Origin: a candidate division WOR-3 bacterium | Lineage (GTDB): Bacteria; Hydrothermota; Hydrothermia; LBFQ01; DSFT01 | NCBI GenBank assembly: GCA_965649115.1 | Contig: CBFGJN010000006.1 | Location: forward strand, 1 to 50,086 | DNA length: 50,086 nucleotides | Direction of reading: 5' to 3' | In this document: positions 30,010-40,052 of the stretch, one piece after another | How the letters are laid out: every line of letters starts with the position of its first letter | How positions within the stretch are numbered: position 1 is the first letter of the stretch | The notes under the pieces: model-generated | Told to the model about the DNA's origin: nothing | Databases searched by the model: none | Seen by the model: the letters and a program-made list of their open reading frames with translations, nothing else | Position numbers and translations under genes: made by a program

Positions 30010-30072
30010 TGCTTCGTCCAATAAATAATTTAAATAATTTATAGGGGGTATTGAAAGGGGCTTTGCCCCTCT
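30010..30072 (+). mobile_element. Partial MITE (left part)
   Basis: TGCTTCGTCCAATAAATAATTTAAATAATTTATAGGGGGTATTGA, nearly identical to the 27730 copy. Confidence 0.75.
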
Positions 30073-30104
30073 ACCGAAAATAATGCTTTAAAATTTCAAA
30101 ACTT

Positions 30105-31274
30105 ATGAAATTAAAATTTGAGGATTTTTTCCTTTTGGATGAAGAATTAAGTGAAGAATATAAAGTTTTGAGGGATAATGTCAGAAGATTTGTAAATGAA
30201 GAAGTAATACCAACTATTGGAGCTTATTGGGAAAAAGGTGAATTTCCGAAACATTTAATTAAAAAAATTGCTGAACTTGGAATTGTTGGAAGTTATATGC
30301 CCGTTGAATATGGTGGAGGAGGATTTGATAAATTAGCTTATGGAATAATCACAAGAGAACTTGAAAGAGGAGATTCAGGTATCAGGAGTTTTGTTAGTGT
30401 TCAAACATCACTTGTAATGTATCCTATTTTAAAATTTGGTAGTGAAACACAAAAAAGAAAATATCTTCCTAAATTAGCAAATTGCGAAATAATTGGTTGT
30501 TTTGGATTGACTGAACCTGACGCGGGAAGTGATCCTTCATCTATGAGAACAAGAGCATACAAAAAAGGCTCAAGTTGGATAATAAGAGGAACAAAAATGT
30601 GGATTACAAATGCTAATTTATCAGATATTGCTATAATTTGGGCAAAAGATGATGAAGGAATTATTAGAGGTTTTATTGTTGAAAGGGAAATGGGTTATGA
30701 AACAAAGGAAATGAAAGGAAAAATTTCATTAAGAGCATCTGATACAGGAGAAATTATTCTTAATGATATTGAAGTGCCAGATGAAAATAGATTACCATTT
30801 ACCGAAGGTTTAAAATCTGCTTTAATGTGCTTAAATCAAGCAAGATTTGGAATTGCTTGGGGAGCTGTTGGAATAGCCCAATTTTGTCTTGAAAAAGCAA
30901 TAAACTATTCAAAAGAAAGAATAATGTTTTCAAATCCAATAGCAAGTTATCAAATTACTCAAATGAAATTAGCAGATATATTAACACTAACTCAAAATGC
31001 TAACTTAATAGCATACAGAATAGCAAAACTTGATATGGAAAATAAATTAAGTCATTATCATGTTTCTTATGCTAAAAGGTACAATGTTAGAGCTGCAAAA
31101 ATAGCTTGCGAATTAGCAAGAGGAATTTTAGGTGCTAATGGTATAATGCTTGATTACCATATAATGAGGCATATGGCAAATCTTGAAGCTGTTGAAACTT
31201 ATGAAGGAACCTATGAAATACATACTTTAATTCTTGGAGAGTACCTAACAGGTATTTCTGCATTTAGGAAGTAG
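30105..31274 (+). CDS. gcdH: Acyl-CoA dehydrogenase, glutaryl-CoA dehydrogenase type
   Basis: ELERGDSG, FGLTEPDAGSDP, KMWITN and TYEGT. Confidence 0.8.
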   Translation: MKLKFEDFFLLDEELSEEYKVLRDNVRRFVNEEVIPTIGAYWEKGEFPKHLIKKIAELGIVGSYMPVEYGGGGFDKLAYGIITRELERGDSGIRSFVSVQTSLVMYPILKFGSETQKRKYLPKLANCEIIGCFGLTEPDAGSDPSSMRTRAYKKGSSWIIRGTKMWITNANLSDIAIIWAKDDEGIIRGFIVEREMGYETKEMKGKISLRASDTGEIILNDIEVPDENRLPFTEGLKSALMCLNQARFGIAWGAVGIAQFCLEKAINYSKERIMFSNPIASYQITQMKLADILTLTQNANLIAYRIAKLDMENKLSHYHVSYAKRYNVRAAKIACELARGILGANGIMLDYHIMRHMANLEAVETYEGTYEIHTLILGEYLTGISAFRK

Positions 31275-31283
31275 TAAAAGTGT

Positions 31284-32576
31284 TTGCTTGCCATCATTTT
31301 AATAATTTTAGATTTCTTAACGCTTTATCTTCTTTTCTTTGTATCATATTTCGTTAAGGTTTTTTTTAAAATTGGTGTTCAATTTTCATTCAATTTCTAT
31401 ATTACCAATCTTTATTGGCTTCCGGTTTTTATTGTAATTTTATTATATTTCCAAGGGATTTATACGAATAGATTTTCATTTTTTGAGGAAAGTTATAGAA
31501 TTTTCAGAGTTTTAACAATTGGGTTATTATCAATTTTAACATTTGCTTTAATATATAATGTTTATGCAATTTCAAGATATATGATTTTAGTTTTTTGGAT
31601 TTTTGGTAGCTTTCTATTAATTTTTCAAAAGTACTTATTTAAGCGCTTTATTTTTAAGAAAGGTTGGTTTTTGAGGAATGTCTATATTATAAATAGCAAT
31701 GAAAATTACGATTTTACCAAAAGAATTATAAGTGAAAATATCTATCTCGGCTATAAAATCGTCAAAGATGAAAATTTAGCTGATGACATAATTTTGTTAA
31801 ATCCTTCAATAGATTTGAAAGAAATTTCAAAATTATTTAGAAAATATAAAAATGTGAAATTTGCATTTGCTGAAAGTGGAATACCACTATTGAATATTCA
31901 AATTGAAAACATCTTTACACAGCCTCTATCTTTTGTATCAGTTAGAAACAACCTTTTGTCAAAAAATATGTTAATAACCAAGAGAATTTTTGATATTGTT
32001 TTTTCTTTGACTTTAATTATTTTGCTTTTACCAATTATTATTATTACAGCAATTTTAATAAAATTAACCAGTAAAGGTCCTATATTTTATGTTCAAGAAA
32101 GACCTGGAAGATTTGGCAAAATGATTAAAATTTATAAATTTAGAACGATGTATGTAGATGCTGAAAAAAAATTAGAAGAAATTCTAAAAAATAATGAAGA
32201 GTTAAGAGAGGAATTTAGAAAGTATAGAAAACTAAAAAACGATCCAAGAATAACACCAATTGGGAAAATTTTAAGAAAATTTTCAATTGATGAAATTCCA
32301 CAATTATTTAATGTTTTAAAAGGTGATATGTCAATCGTAGGTCCAAGACCTTATCAAATTGATGAAATAAATTATATGGGCGAATATAAGGATATTGTTC
32401 TGTCAGTTAGACCTGGTTTAACAGGTTTATGGCAAATATCAGGAAGAAATGATTTAAGTTTTTCTGCTAAGTTGAAAATTGAAACTTGGTACGTTTTAAA
32501 TTGGAACTTATGGCTTGATTTATTTATAATTATTAGAACAATTCCCGCTGTTATTTCAGGAAAAGGTGCTTATTAA
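31284..32576 (+). CDS. Undecaprenyl-phosphate sugar phosphotransferase (WbaP/WcaJ family)
   Basis: KRIFD, YKFRTM, DEIPQL, GPRP and PGLTGLWQ. Confidence 0.92.
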   Translation: MLAIILIILDFLTLYLLFFVSYFVKVFFKIGVQFSFNFYITNLYWLPVFIVILLYFQGIYTNRFSFFEESYRIFRVLTIGLLSILTFALIYNVYAISRYMILVFWIFGSFLLIFQKYLFKRFIFKKGWFLRNVYIINSNENYDFTKRIISENIYLGYKIVKDENLADDIILLNPSIDLKEISKLFRKYKNVKFAFAESGIPLLNIQIENIFTQPLSFVSVRNNLLSKNMLITKRIFDIVFSLTLIILLLPIIIITAILIKLTSKGPIFYVQERPGRFGKMIKIYKFRTMYVDAEKKLEEILKNNEELREEFRKYRKLKNDPRITPIGKILRKFSIDEIPQLFNVLKGDMSIVGPRPYQIDEINYMGEYKDIVLSVRPGLTGLWQISGRNDLSFSAKLKIETWYVLNWNLWLDLFIIIRTIPAVISGKGAY

Positions 32577-33233
32577 TTCATTACAATCACTATAAATGAC
32601 ATAATATGAAGGAATTTTTAATAGTTTTCTAAATGTTTTGAATTGATTAACCAGAGCTTTCGTATTAAATAAACTTTCAAATATAAGTCTTTTCTTTTCT
32701 TCTTCATTTAACATTATCTTAACAAATTTTGCACCATATCTAAAATTTATAAAATAAATTTCTGAAATTTTTGAAAATTCACAAAAATTTTTAATATCAA
32801 GAACTTTGAAAGGAGGCGATAAATAGCAAATATCATCTTTCACAAAAACTAAATCTTCTGAAATGTAATAATAACCTAAATTTAGAGCGTTTTTTAAAAT
32901 TGTTGTTTTTCCACTCCCTGGCGGACCAACAAACAAAATGGCATCTCTTTTATTTATTGATATTGAAGAAGCATGAAGAAGTAAATGTTCTTTATAATTA
33001 AGAGCATAAAGGTTTCTTAAAGCATATATTAAAATTTGATAAGGGTTATCATTTTCATTTACATAAATAACTTTTCTAACTTCATCAAATTTTGATTCAC
33101 CAGTATATTTTTTGACATAAATAATTTCCTCAAAATTATTATCATCATCAACTTTATAAAATTTTAAAAAGCTATTTTCAAAATCAAAAGAAGAACAAAT
33201 TTTTATTTTTTTTGAAAATAAGTTAATTATCAT
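32556..33233 (-). CDS. HPr kinase-related P-loop protein
   Basis: LLHAS, GPPGSGKTT and ISED. Confidence 0.65.
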   Translation of the reverse strand: MIINLFSKKIKICSSFDFENSFLKFYKVDDDNNFEEIIYVKKYTGESKFDEVRKVIYVNENDNPYQILIYALRNLYALNYKEHLLLHASSISINKRDAILFVGPPGSGKTTILKNALNLGYYYISEDLVFVKDDICYLSPPFKVLDIKNFCEFSKISEIYFINFRYGAKFVKIMLNEEEKKRLIFESLFNTKALVNQFKTFRKLLKIPSYYVIYSDCNELISTFS

Positions 33234-34038
33234 TTTGAATTAACATTTCATAACCACCAATTAAAGAAGCATATTCACCAAGCTCAGATTTTTTAACAAT
33301 TACATTACCTTTTAAGTTTAAAAATTTACTAAAAATATCAAATGCTTTTGAAACACCCCCTCCTAAAACAATTACATCAGGTTCAAATATCATAATCAAA
33401 TTATTTATTAAAATTGAAAGTTTATTTGAAAACCATTTCCAAAATTCAATAGCTAAATGATTGTTGTTTTTAGCAAGCTCATAAATTTCAACAGCTTTTA
33501 ATTTTCTTTTAAAAACCTTTTCAAAATAATTTGGAAAATATGCTTCTCCAATATAAGCTTCAATACAACCCATATTTCCACAATTACAAAGTGGTCCATT
33601 TTCATCTATAATGATATGACCAATTTCTCCTGCTCCCCCCTTCCCTCTATATAGCTTTCCATCTATGATAATTCCACCTCCAACACCTGTTCCAATAGTA
33701 ATTCCAATAACATTTTTATAATTCCTAATTCTTGTCCATTCTCCAAGTGTAAATAAATTAGCATCATTATCTATAATAACTTTTTTGTCAGTTCTTAAAA
33801 TTAACGATTTTTCTTGATATGTTTTAACATTAGGAGCAAAGATAATTTTATTATTTTTAACAATTCCTGCAAATCCAATAGCAATTGCATAGAATTGAAA
33901 TTTCTTTATGATTTCATTTAATTGTTCTTCAAGATCGTCTTTATTTGTTTTTTCAATATAAAATTCTTTAACTTCATAGTTTTCAACAATTCCATATTTT
34001 ATATAACTTCCTCCAACATCAAAACATAATGCTCTCAT
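33223..34038 (-). CDS. ROK-family sugar kinase
   Basis: DVGGS, NDAN, GTGVGGG, GEIGH and CNCGNMGCIE. Confidence 0.93.
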   Translation of the reverse strand: MRALCFDVGGSYIKYGIVENYEVKEFYIEKTNKDDLEEQLNEIIKKFQFYAIAIGFAGIVKNNKIIFAPNVKTYQEKSLILRTDKKVIIDNDANLFTLGEWTRIRNYKNVIGITIGTGVGGGIIIDGKLYRGKGGAGEIGHIIIDENGPLCNCGNMGCIEAYIGEAYFPNYFEKVFKRKLKAVEIYELAKNNNHLAIEFWKWFSNKLSILINNLIMIFEPDVIVLGGGVSKAFDIFSKFLNLKGNVIVKKSELGEYASLIGGYEMLIQNDN

Positions 34039-36215
34039 TAAAATCCTTCCATATCATCACTTTCTTCCCTTATCTTTTGTTTATTCAGCCTTCTAAAATC
34101 TTGAAAGTTATAAATTAAAACAAATTGAATTGATGGCCATTTTCTGCTCATATTTTGAGATTGATAAAAATTAAAATTATAGTTTTCACTATTAAAAGTA
34201 AATGTTTTAAAGACATCTGAAAAATTAAATATGAAAATGAAGTTTTTATAAGGAAGTCTTAAACCTAAATCAAAATAATAATTTTCTTTAATTTCTCCTT
34301 GTGAAGTTTTTCTTGGAGCATTATAAACTGCTGAAATTTGAAGTAATAAAATTCTTATAGAAGATTTAATATCATAAGAAAAGCTTTCTTTTCTTAAATC
34401 GCTATACAAATTCATTTTATACAAATTTATTGAACCTTGAAAATCAAAAAATTTCCCTTTCCTATAACTAGTTGAAAATTCACTGCCAAAAAATTCAGAA
34501 AAGCCTACATTTTCAGGATAATTTATTAAAAAGCTATCCTTATAAGAAACAATTTGTTCAATTACATTCTCACTTTTTCTATAATAACCGTAGATGTTAA
34601 TTATGCTATTTTGAAAACCAATTTCAAAGCTATGGGAATATTCGGGATTTAAGTTCGGATTACCAATTCTTTTAGTATATTGGTCAAGTTTTACTTCATA
34701 AGGTTCTAATAACCAAGGTCTTGGATGTTCAATTCTTCTTGAATAATTTAAGTAAATTTCATTAAATTGTGAAATTTTATATGATAAATTTAAAGAGGGA
34801 AAGAAATCATTGTATTGTTTTTTAAAGTTTGAAATACTTCTATCCGTTCTTTCAAATCTAAGACCAATTTGACCATTTAAACGATTAAAACTTTTGTTAT
34901 AGGTAAAGTAAAGTGCATTCGTTATTTTATAAAAATTAGAAGAAAAACTATCATACGGAATAAATCCATTTTGATAGTTATAGTAAATTACATCATCTTT
35001 GGAATTGTTATAATTTCCAAGATAACCAAAAGCAAGTGTCTTATTATCGTAATCAAAATTAAATCTTATAGTGCTTGATGGACCGCTTTCTGTATTCCTA
35101 AATCCGTATATTACATTATCATTTTGATCTTTATTTATAGTTTCAGAATTTTCATTAAAAGTTCTAATTGTCCAATAAATGCCAGCATTTATAAAATTTT
35201 TATTATAACCAAAGTAAGCTGAACTATTGATACCACCAACTTTAAAATCAAAATTCGTTTTATAATAATTTGAACCATTAGTTATTGAATTTGATAACAT
35301 ACCAAATCCCCAATGATTTAAACTTCCTTCAAAACTAAATGAGCCATAATCTAAGTTTAATCTTAAACCATAAGGATTTGTCCATCTATTAAAATCCCCA
35401 CTCGTTAGAAGTGTTTCATTTGAAAAAATTCTCTTTGTCTGAGAATTGCTATTAAATGAAAATTTATTGTAGTTTATTGATGTTGAAATTTTTAACTTGT
35501 TTTTTGAAACTCCATATAGTAAGTTTAATCCATAATTATCATAAGTTCCAATTCTTCCATTTATTGAATAACTTCTTCCTTCTTCCCTTGTAGTTTTTAA
35601 AATGATATTTACAATTATATTTCCTTCTGCTTCGTATCTTGCAGATGGATTGGTAATAATTTCAATTCTATCAATTTGAGTTGCAGGAATTTGTTTTAAA
35701 GCATCTGAAATTTCTAAATTCGTTGGTCTATTATTTATAAGTAATGTTATATTTGATGAACCCCTTATCTCTACATTATCATTATTATCTACATTAACAC
35801 CTGGTGTATTTCTTAGAACATCAAGTGCTGTTCCACCAGTAGTTGATATATTCTCAGATGGTCTTATTACTCTTTTACCCTGTTCATAAGTAATTGTTGG
35901 AGGTTGTGCTATTACTTGTTGTTCCCTTAACATAATACCTTTTGGATTGAGTGAAACTTTACCTAAGCTTACATTTTCCTTATTTATATTTACATTTAAA
36001 ATTTTCGTTTCATAACCCAAGAATTCAATTTTAATTTTATAGTTTCCATAATTTAGATTATTGATTTTTATATTTCCGTTTTCATCACAATAACCACCTA
36101 AAATTTTTGTAGTATCTTTATAAACTTCATAAGCACAATATCCAATAGCTTCACCTTTTTCATTAACAACGGTTAATTCCAAATTTCCAATTTGTAAAAA
36201 GGTTATAATTAGCAT
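34038..36215 (-). CDS. TonB-dependent receptor / outer membrane beta-barrel
   Basis: FLGY N-domain, DVLRNTPGV, IEIITNPSARY and GNPNLNPE. Confidence 0.88.
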   Translation of the reverse strand: MLIITFLQIGNLELTVVNEKGEAIGYCAYEVYKDTTKILGGYCDENGNIKINNLNYGNYKIKIEFLGYETKILNVNINKENVSLGKVSLNPKGIMLREQQVIAQPPTITYEQGKRVIRPSENISTTGGTALDVLRNTPGVNVDNNDNVEIRGSSNITLLINNRPTNLEISDALKQIPATQIDRIEIITNPSARYEAEGNIIVNIILKTTREEGRSYSINGRIGTYDNYGLNLLYGVSKNKLKISTSINYNKFSFNSNSQTKRIFSNETLLTSGDFNRWTNPYGLRLNLDYGSFSFEGSLNHWGFGMLSNSITNGSNYYKTNFDFKVGGINSSAYFGYNKNFINAGIYWTIRTFNENSETINKDQNDNVIYGFRNTESGPSSTIRFNFDYDNKTLAFGYLGNYNNSKDDVIYYNYQNGFIPYDSFSSNFYKITNALYFTYNKSFNRLNGQIGLRFERTDRSISNFKKQYNDFFPSLNLSYKISQFNEIYLNYSRRIEHPRPWLLEPYEVKLDQYTKRIGNPNLNPEYSHSFEIGFQNSIINIYGYYRKSENVIEQIVSYKDSFLINYPENVGFSEFFGSEFSTSYRKGKFFDFQGSINLYKMNLYSDLRKESFSYDIKSSIRILLLQISAVYNAPRKTSQGEIKENYYFDLGLRLPYKNFIFIFNFSDVFKTFTFNSENYNFNFYQSQNMSRKWPSIQFVLIYNFQDFRRLNKQKIREESDDMEGF

Positions 36216-36243
36216 ATTTTAAATTTTAAAGTTAAATGATTAT

Positions 36244-36400
36244 TGCTGTGTATAGTAATTGGTGTGTCTAATAATTCTGGAATCCACCCTGAATATAAGC
36301 GGACGGCTTATAACTACGCCCCCCCATTAAAACCCCCTCTTTTTTGTTAATAATCAATAACTTATCAGTTATTTCTCGCCTTGTGTCTAATAATCCTAAA
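36244..36400 (-). mobile_element. Cluster of degenerate MITE fragments
   Basis: TIR-like ends at 36244, 36260 and about 36380; GCCCCCCCATTAAAACCCCC; AATCAATAACTTA. Confidence 0.65.
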
Positions 36401-36445
36401 ATTATAATCATTCCTGTTTTTCTTCAACTTTAAAATTTCTAATTT

Positions 36446-36519
36446 GCGCCCATAGCTCAACTGGATAGAGCGGCGGACTACGAATCCGCAGGTTGGGGGT
36501 TCAAGTCCCTCTGGGCGCG
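36446..36519 (+). tRNA. tRNA-Arg(ACG), CCA not encoded
   Basis: Acceptor stem GCGCCCA/TGGGCGC; anticodon arm GCGGA-CTACGAA-TCCGC; GTTCAAG T-loop. Confidence 0.95.
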
Positions 36520-37460
36520 TTTAAAATATCTTCCTTCTTTATAGGATAAGTTCCAATATGTCTAATAACAATACTTGCACAAAAGTTAGCAAATTTCAAA
36601 ATTTTTTCAATTTCTAAATTACACAAAATACCAAATCCCAAAACCGCAACCACAGTATCACCTGCTCCCGAAACATCATATACTTCACTTTCATAAGTTG
36701 GAACATGTAAAACCTTATATTTATCAATATAACTTAAACCCTTTTCCGAACGAGTAATCACTATACTTTCAAAATTAAATTTTTCAATGGCTAATTTTCC
36801 CATTTTCTCTAAAATATAATTCTCATTTTCAATTGTTTCATTTAAACCTTCTGATAATTCTTTAACATTTGGTGTTATCATATTAGCATTTCTATATTTG
36901 TTCCAATTCTTACCTTTTGGGTCAATAATTGTAAATTTTGACTTACTTATAATGAATTGAGAAATTTTTTCAGAGATTAAACCTTTGTTATAATCAGAAA
37001 TTATTGTTAAATCATAATCATCTATAACATTTTCCAAAATTCCTAAAATTCTTTGTTCCAAATTTTTATCAATAGGATTATTATTTTCAAAATCAATTCT
37101 AATTAAATGTTGGTTTTTTGAAACAACTCTTATTTTTGTTGTTGTAATTCTACTATCTCTAATTATAAAATTCGTTTTAATTTTGTTGTTTTCAAATAAT
37201 TTTAATAATTCATATCCATTCTCATCATCTCCAATAATTCCAATAACATCAACCTCAATTCCTAAATTTTTCAAGTTTAAAGCAGTATTTCCAGCACCTC
37301 CAATCCTATTTTCTATTCTTTTTACATTAACAACAGGAACAGGGGCTTCAGGTGATATTCTATCAACATTTCCAAAAAAGTACTTATCAAGCATTAAATC
37401 ACCAATAACTAATGCTTTCTTGTTTGGAGGATTGTTTAGAAACTCAATTATCTCTTCCAT
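36501..37460 (-). CDS. rfaE1: D-glycero-beta-D-manno-heptose-7-phosphate kinase (HldE kinase domain)
   Basis: GDLMLD, RISPEAPVPVV, SDYNKG and DVSGAGDT. Confidence 0.93.
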   Translation of the reverse strand: MEEIIEFLNNPPNKKALVIGDLMLDKYFFGNVDRISPEAPVPVVNVKRIENRIGGAGNTALNLKNLGIEVDVIGIIGDDENGYELLKLFENNKIKTNFIIRDSRITTTKIRVVSKNQHLIRIDFENNNPIDKNLEQRILGILENVIDDYDLTIISDYNKGLISEKISQFIISKSKFTIIDPKGKNWNKYRNANMITPNVKELSEGLNETIENENYILEKMGKLAIEKFNFESIVITRSEKGLSYIDKYKVLHVPTYESEVYDVSGAGDTVVAVLGFGILCNLEIEKILKFANFCASIVIRHIGTYPIKKEDILNAPRGT

Positions 37461-38017
37461 TCTTTACTTCCTGGTTTTTCAATAGGGATTTTTAAAGCAC
37501 ATAATTCACAATTTTCAGGATTATAAGTTTTAACTTTAACTTTAATCAAACTATAAAAAGGATATTCAAATTTTACATTTTCACTTCTATCAACTAAACA
37601 ACCAATCCCAACAATATTACCATTATAACTTTTAACAACTTCTATAACTTCTCTTGTTGAAGAACCCGTTGTAATAACATCCTCAATAATTAAAACATTT
37701 TCCCCTTTATTTATATAGAAATCTCTTCTTAATTTCATAATACCATTTTCTCTTTCAGTAAAAATTGCCCTAGCATTTAAAAACCTTGCAGTTTCATAAG
37801 CAACGATAATAGCTCCAATAGCAGGACCAATAACAACATCAATTTTATAATTTTTAAAATAATTTGCCAAATTTTTACACAAAAATTCACTATATTTTGG
37901 ATATTGTAGGACTAATGCACTTTGAAAATATGTGTCAGAATGAAGACCAGACGATAATAGAAAATGACCTCTTTTAATAGCACCTGTTTCTTCATAGATT
38001 TTTAAAATTTCATTCAT
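37448..38017 (-). CDS. pyrE: Orotate phosphoribosyltransferase
   Basis: GHFLLSSGLHS and IEDVITTGSS. Confidence 0.95.
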   Translation of the reverse strand: MNEILKIYEETGAIKRGHFLLSSGLHSDTYFQSALVLQYPKYSEFLCKNLANYFKNYKIDVVIGPAIGAIIVAYETARFLNARAIFTERENGIMKLRRDFYINKGENVLIIEDVITTGSSTREVIEVVKSYNGNIVGIGCLVDRSENVKFEYPFYSLIKVKVKTYNPENCELCALKIPIEKPGSKEWKR

Positions 38018-39002
38018 TTATTAAGCTCCTTATTTGTTCAATTCTTGATTTAAAGTAATCATTATTTTTTTCTATGTTTAAAGCCTTTTGTAGCCAATTT
38101 AAAGCTTCTTTATAATTTCCAAGTGATTCATAACATTTGGCAACTGTATCCATAATATTAGCATCCTTTGGTGATAATTTATTTGCTTTTAATGAAAATT
38201 CAAGGCCAACTTCTTGAAATATATTTCTTGAACATAATTCCCAAGCTATATTATTATAACTATCAGAGCTTATGTCCTTTGAAAATTTCATATTTTGTAA
38301 AAGGTACCTTATATTGTTTTCTAAATTCTTACTTGAAAGCCTAATATAAGAAACTAACATATATTCATATTGCCAACTTTTATAAATCCTTTTTAAATCT
38401 TCAATTGGCTGTTTGCTATCATCAATTCTAATTTCAACAAGTCTATCATCAATTCCATCATATCCACCATCCTTTAATTTAACAATAACTGCACAAGATT
38501 GTCTTCCTCTTCTATCACCACCTGCTTTATCACCTGCTTGTAATGATAAAATTATTCTTTCGGCTAATGGCTTATTTGTGCTATTTAAAAATGCTTTTTC
38601 CATCTCTTTTAAAACACTTTCAGATTTTAATAAATTTCCAAGAATAATATATCCCCTTGAGACAATATGACCTGCATAAGGAAAATTTTTATTTCCCGTA
38701 AAAGCATAACCATCTCCATTTATATTTAAAACCCCTACTTGTCTCAATTCAAATAAACTATCACTTGCTCTCAATATATTAATTATTTCTTTTGGAGAAT
38801 AACCTAATTTTAAAAGTTCAAGTCCTAATTTTCCAAATTTCACATTAACAAAACTTTGTGTCGCAACAGCTCCATATTCTGGGTCTATCCAAGGAACTAA
38901 AAAACCAACACCTAAAACCTTTGAACAACTTCCAATCCCAATTTCCTTTGTAATAGTATCAACAGCAATAATGCTAAATGTTGAAAATAAAAAATGTATC
39001 AT
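38010..39002 (-). CDS. DUF1028 Ntn-hydrolase-like protein with C-terminal TPRs
   Basis: TFSIIAVD, AVATQ and GGDRRGRQS; YNNIAW..DT TPR pattern. Confidence 0.88.
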   Translation of the reverse strand: MIHFLFSTFSIIAVDTITKEIGIGSCSKVLGVGFLVPWIDPEYGAVATQSFVNVKFGKLGLELLKLGYSPKEIINILRASDSLFELRQVGVLNINGDGYAFTGNKNFPYAGHIVSRGYIILGNLLKSESVLKEMEKAFLNSTNKPLAERIILSLQAGDKAGGDRRGRQSCAVIVKLKDGGYDGIDDRLVEIRIDDSKQPIEDLKRIYKSWQYEYMLVSYIRLSSKNLENNIRYLLQNMKFSKDISSDSYNNIAWELCSRNIFQEVGLEFSLKANKLSPKDANIMDTVAKCYESLGNYKEALNWLQKALNIEKNNDYFKSRIEQIRSLINE

Positions 39003-39235
39003 AAAGGATAAACAATCCTTGTGTCCGTATCTCTAACCATTCCCGTAGCATAAATATCTTCTATAATTTTCTTTATTTCTTCAAATGTCTTAAATTCAGC
39101 TATTGCTATAATGTCTATATTACCGAAAACACCATCCGCTGATATAACACCTTTAACTTTTCTTATTTGTTCAACAGCTTTTTTCATATCTTCCCTATAA
39201 AATGATGTTAATCTAATGAAAATGTAAGCTTTCAT
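38999..39235 (-). CDS. Lrp/AsnC ligand-binding domain protein
   Basis: KAYIFI, VFGNIDII and TDTRIV. Confidence 0.85.
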   Translation of the reverse strand: MKAYIFIRLTSFYREDMKKAVEQIRKVKGVISADGVFGNIDIIAIAEFKTFEEIKKIIEDIYATGMVRDTDTRIVYPL

Positions 39236-39271
39236 AGTTTGAAATTTTAAAGTGCTTTAAATAATACTTAT

Positions 39272-39323
39272 TGCCTTGTCCAATGGCTTTAAGATGCCCT
39301 TATAATTTATTCTAGACAAAATC
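39272..39323. repeat. Short MITE remnant
   Basis: TGCCTTGTCCAAT (exact reverse complement of 101-113) ... TTCTAGACAAAA. Confidence 0.55.
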
Positions 39324-40052
39324 TTTATCTTTTAGAGTTAAAGATGCCAAAAATAGACAAAAAATAATATAAAATATAAGCATAGAAACATTCTTCCAAA
39401 TATAAATATAATCAACATTTGAACTTACCAATTCAAGCAATATATTAACTGCATAATGAAAAGGATAGAATTTTCCTATTATTTGAGCCCATATTGGCAA
39501 ATCTTGATAATCTATTAAAAGTCCTGTAAAGAATACAGAAGGGACAATAATAAGCGGAATAAATGGAATAACATGCCCTTCATGCTTGGCAAATGTTGAA
39601 ATAAATGTTCCAAGAAGAACTGAAACAATAGCCAAAAGCCAAATAATTAAATATAATTGAAAGAATTTCCAAAATGAATAATCTATATTAAAAAGCAATT
39701 TTAACTCGATAATAACAATAATTGATTGAATAGTTGAGAGAAAAGAATAAGCGAGTGCATAACCTAAAATTAAATCCCATTTACTAACACCATTTATAAA
39801 TAATCTTTCAAGTGTTCCCCTTGTTCTTTCTTGAACTAATGCTATTGAAGATAATATAAATGATAAGAAATGGACAACAAAGGCTGAAATTGGAACAACA
39901 TATCTTAATTTCATAGGCATTTGTGGTAATGTGTCAAAAAAAATTTTAAAAAGAAAAATGATAAGTAATGGAACTACTACTGACAAAGCAAAAAACCTTC
40001 TATCCCTCCTTATTTGATTTAAAATTCTTTCTGAAAGTATAAAAACTATCAT
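39312..40052 (-). CDS. ABC-2 type exporter permease
   Basis: ERTRGTLERL and six hydrophobic segments. Confidence 0.9.
   Translation of the reverse strand: MIVFILSERILNQIRRDRRFFALSVVVPLLIIFLFKIFFDTLPQMPMKLRYVVPISAFVVHFLSFILSSIALVQERTRGTLERLFINGVSKWDLILGYALAYSFLSTIQSIIVIIELKLLFNIDYSFWKFFQLYLIIWLLAIVSVLLGTFISTFAKHEGHVIPFIPLIIVPSVFFTGLLIDYQDLPIWAQIIGKFYPFHYAVNILLELVSSNVDYIYIWKNVSMLIFYIIFCLFLASLTLKDKDFV

Noticed and set aside
17645..36519. tRNAs as prophage or island att sites
   Set aside because: No integrase and no duplicated tRNA 3' ends seen in the window.
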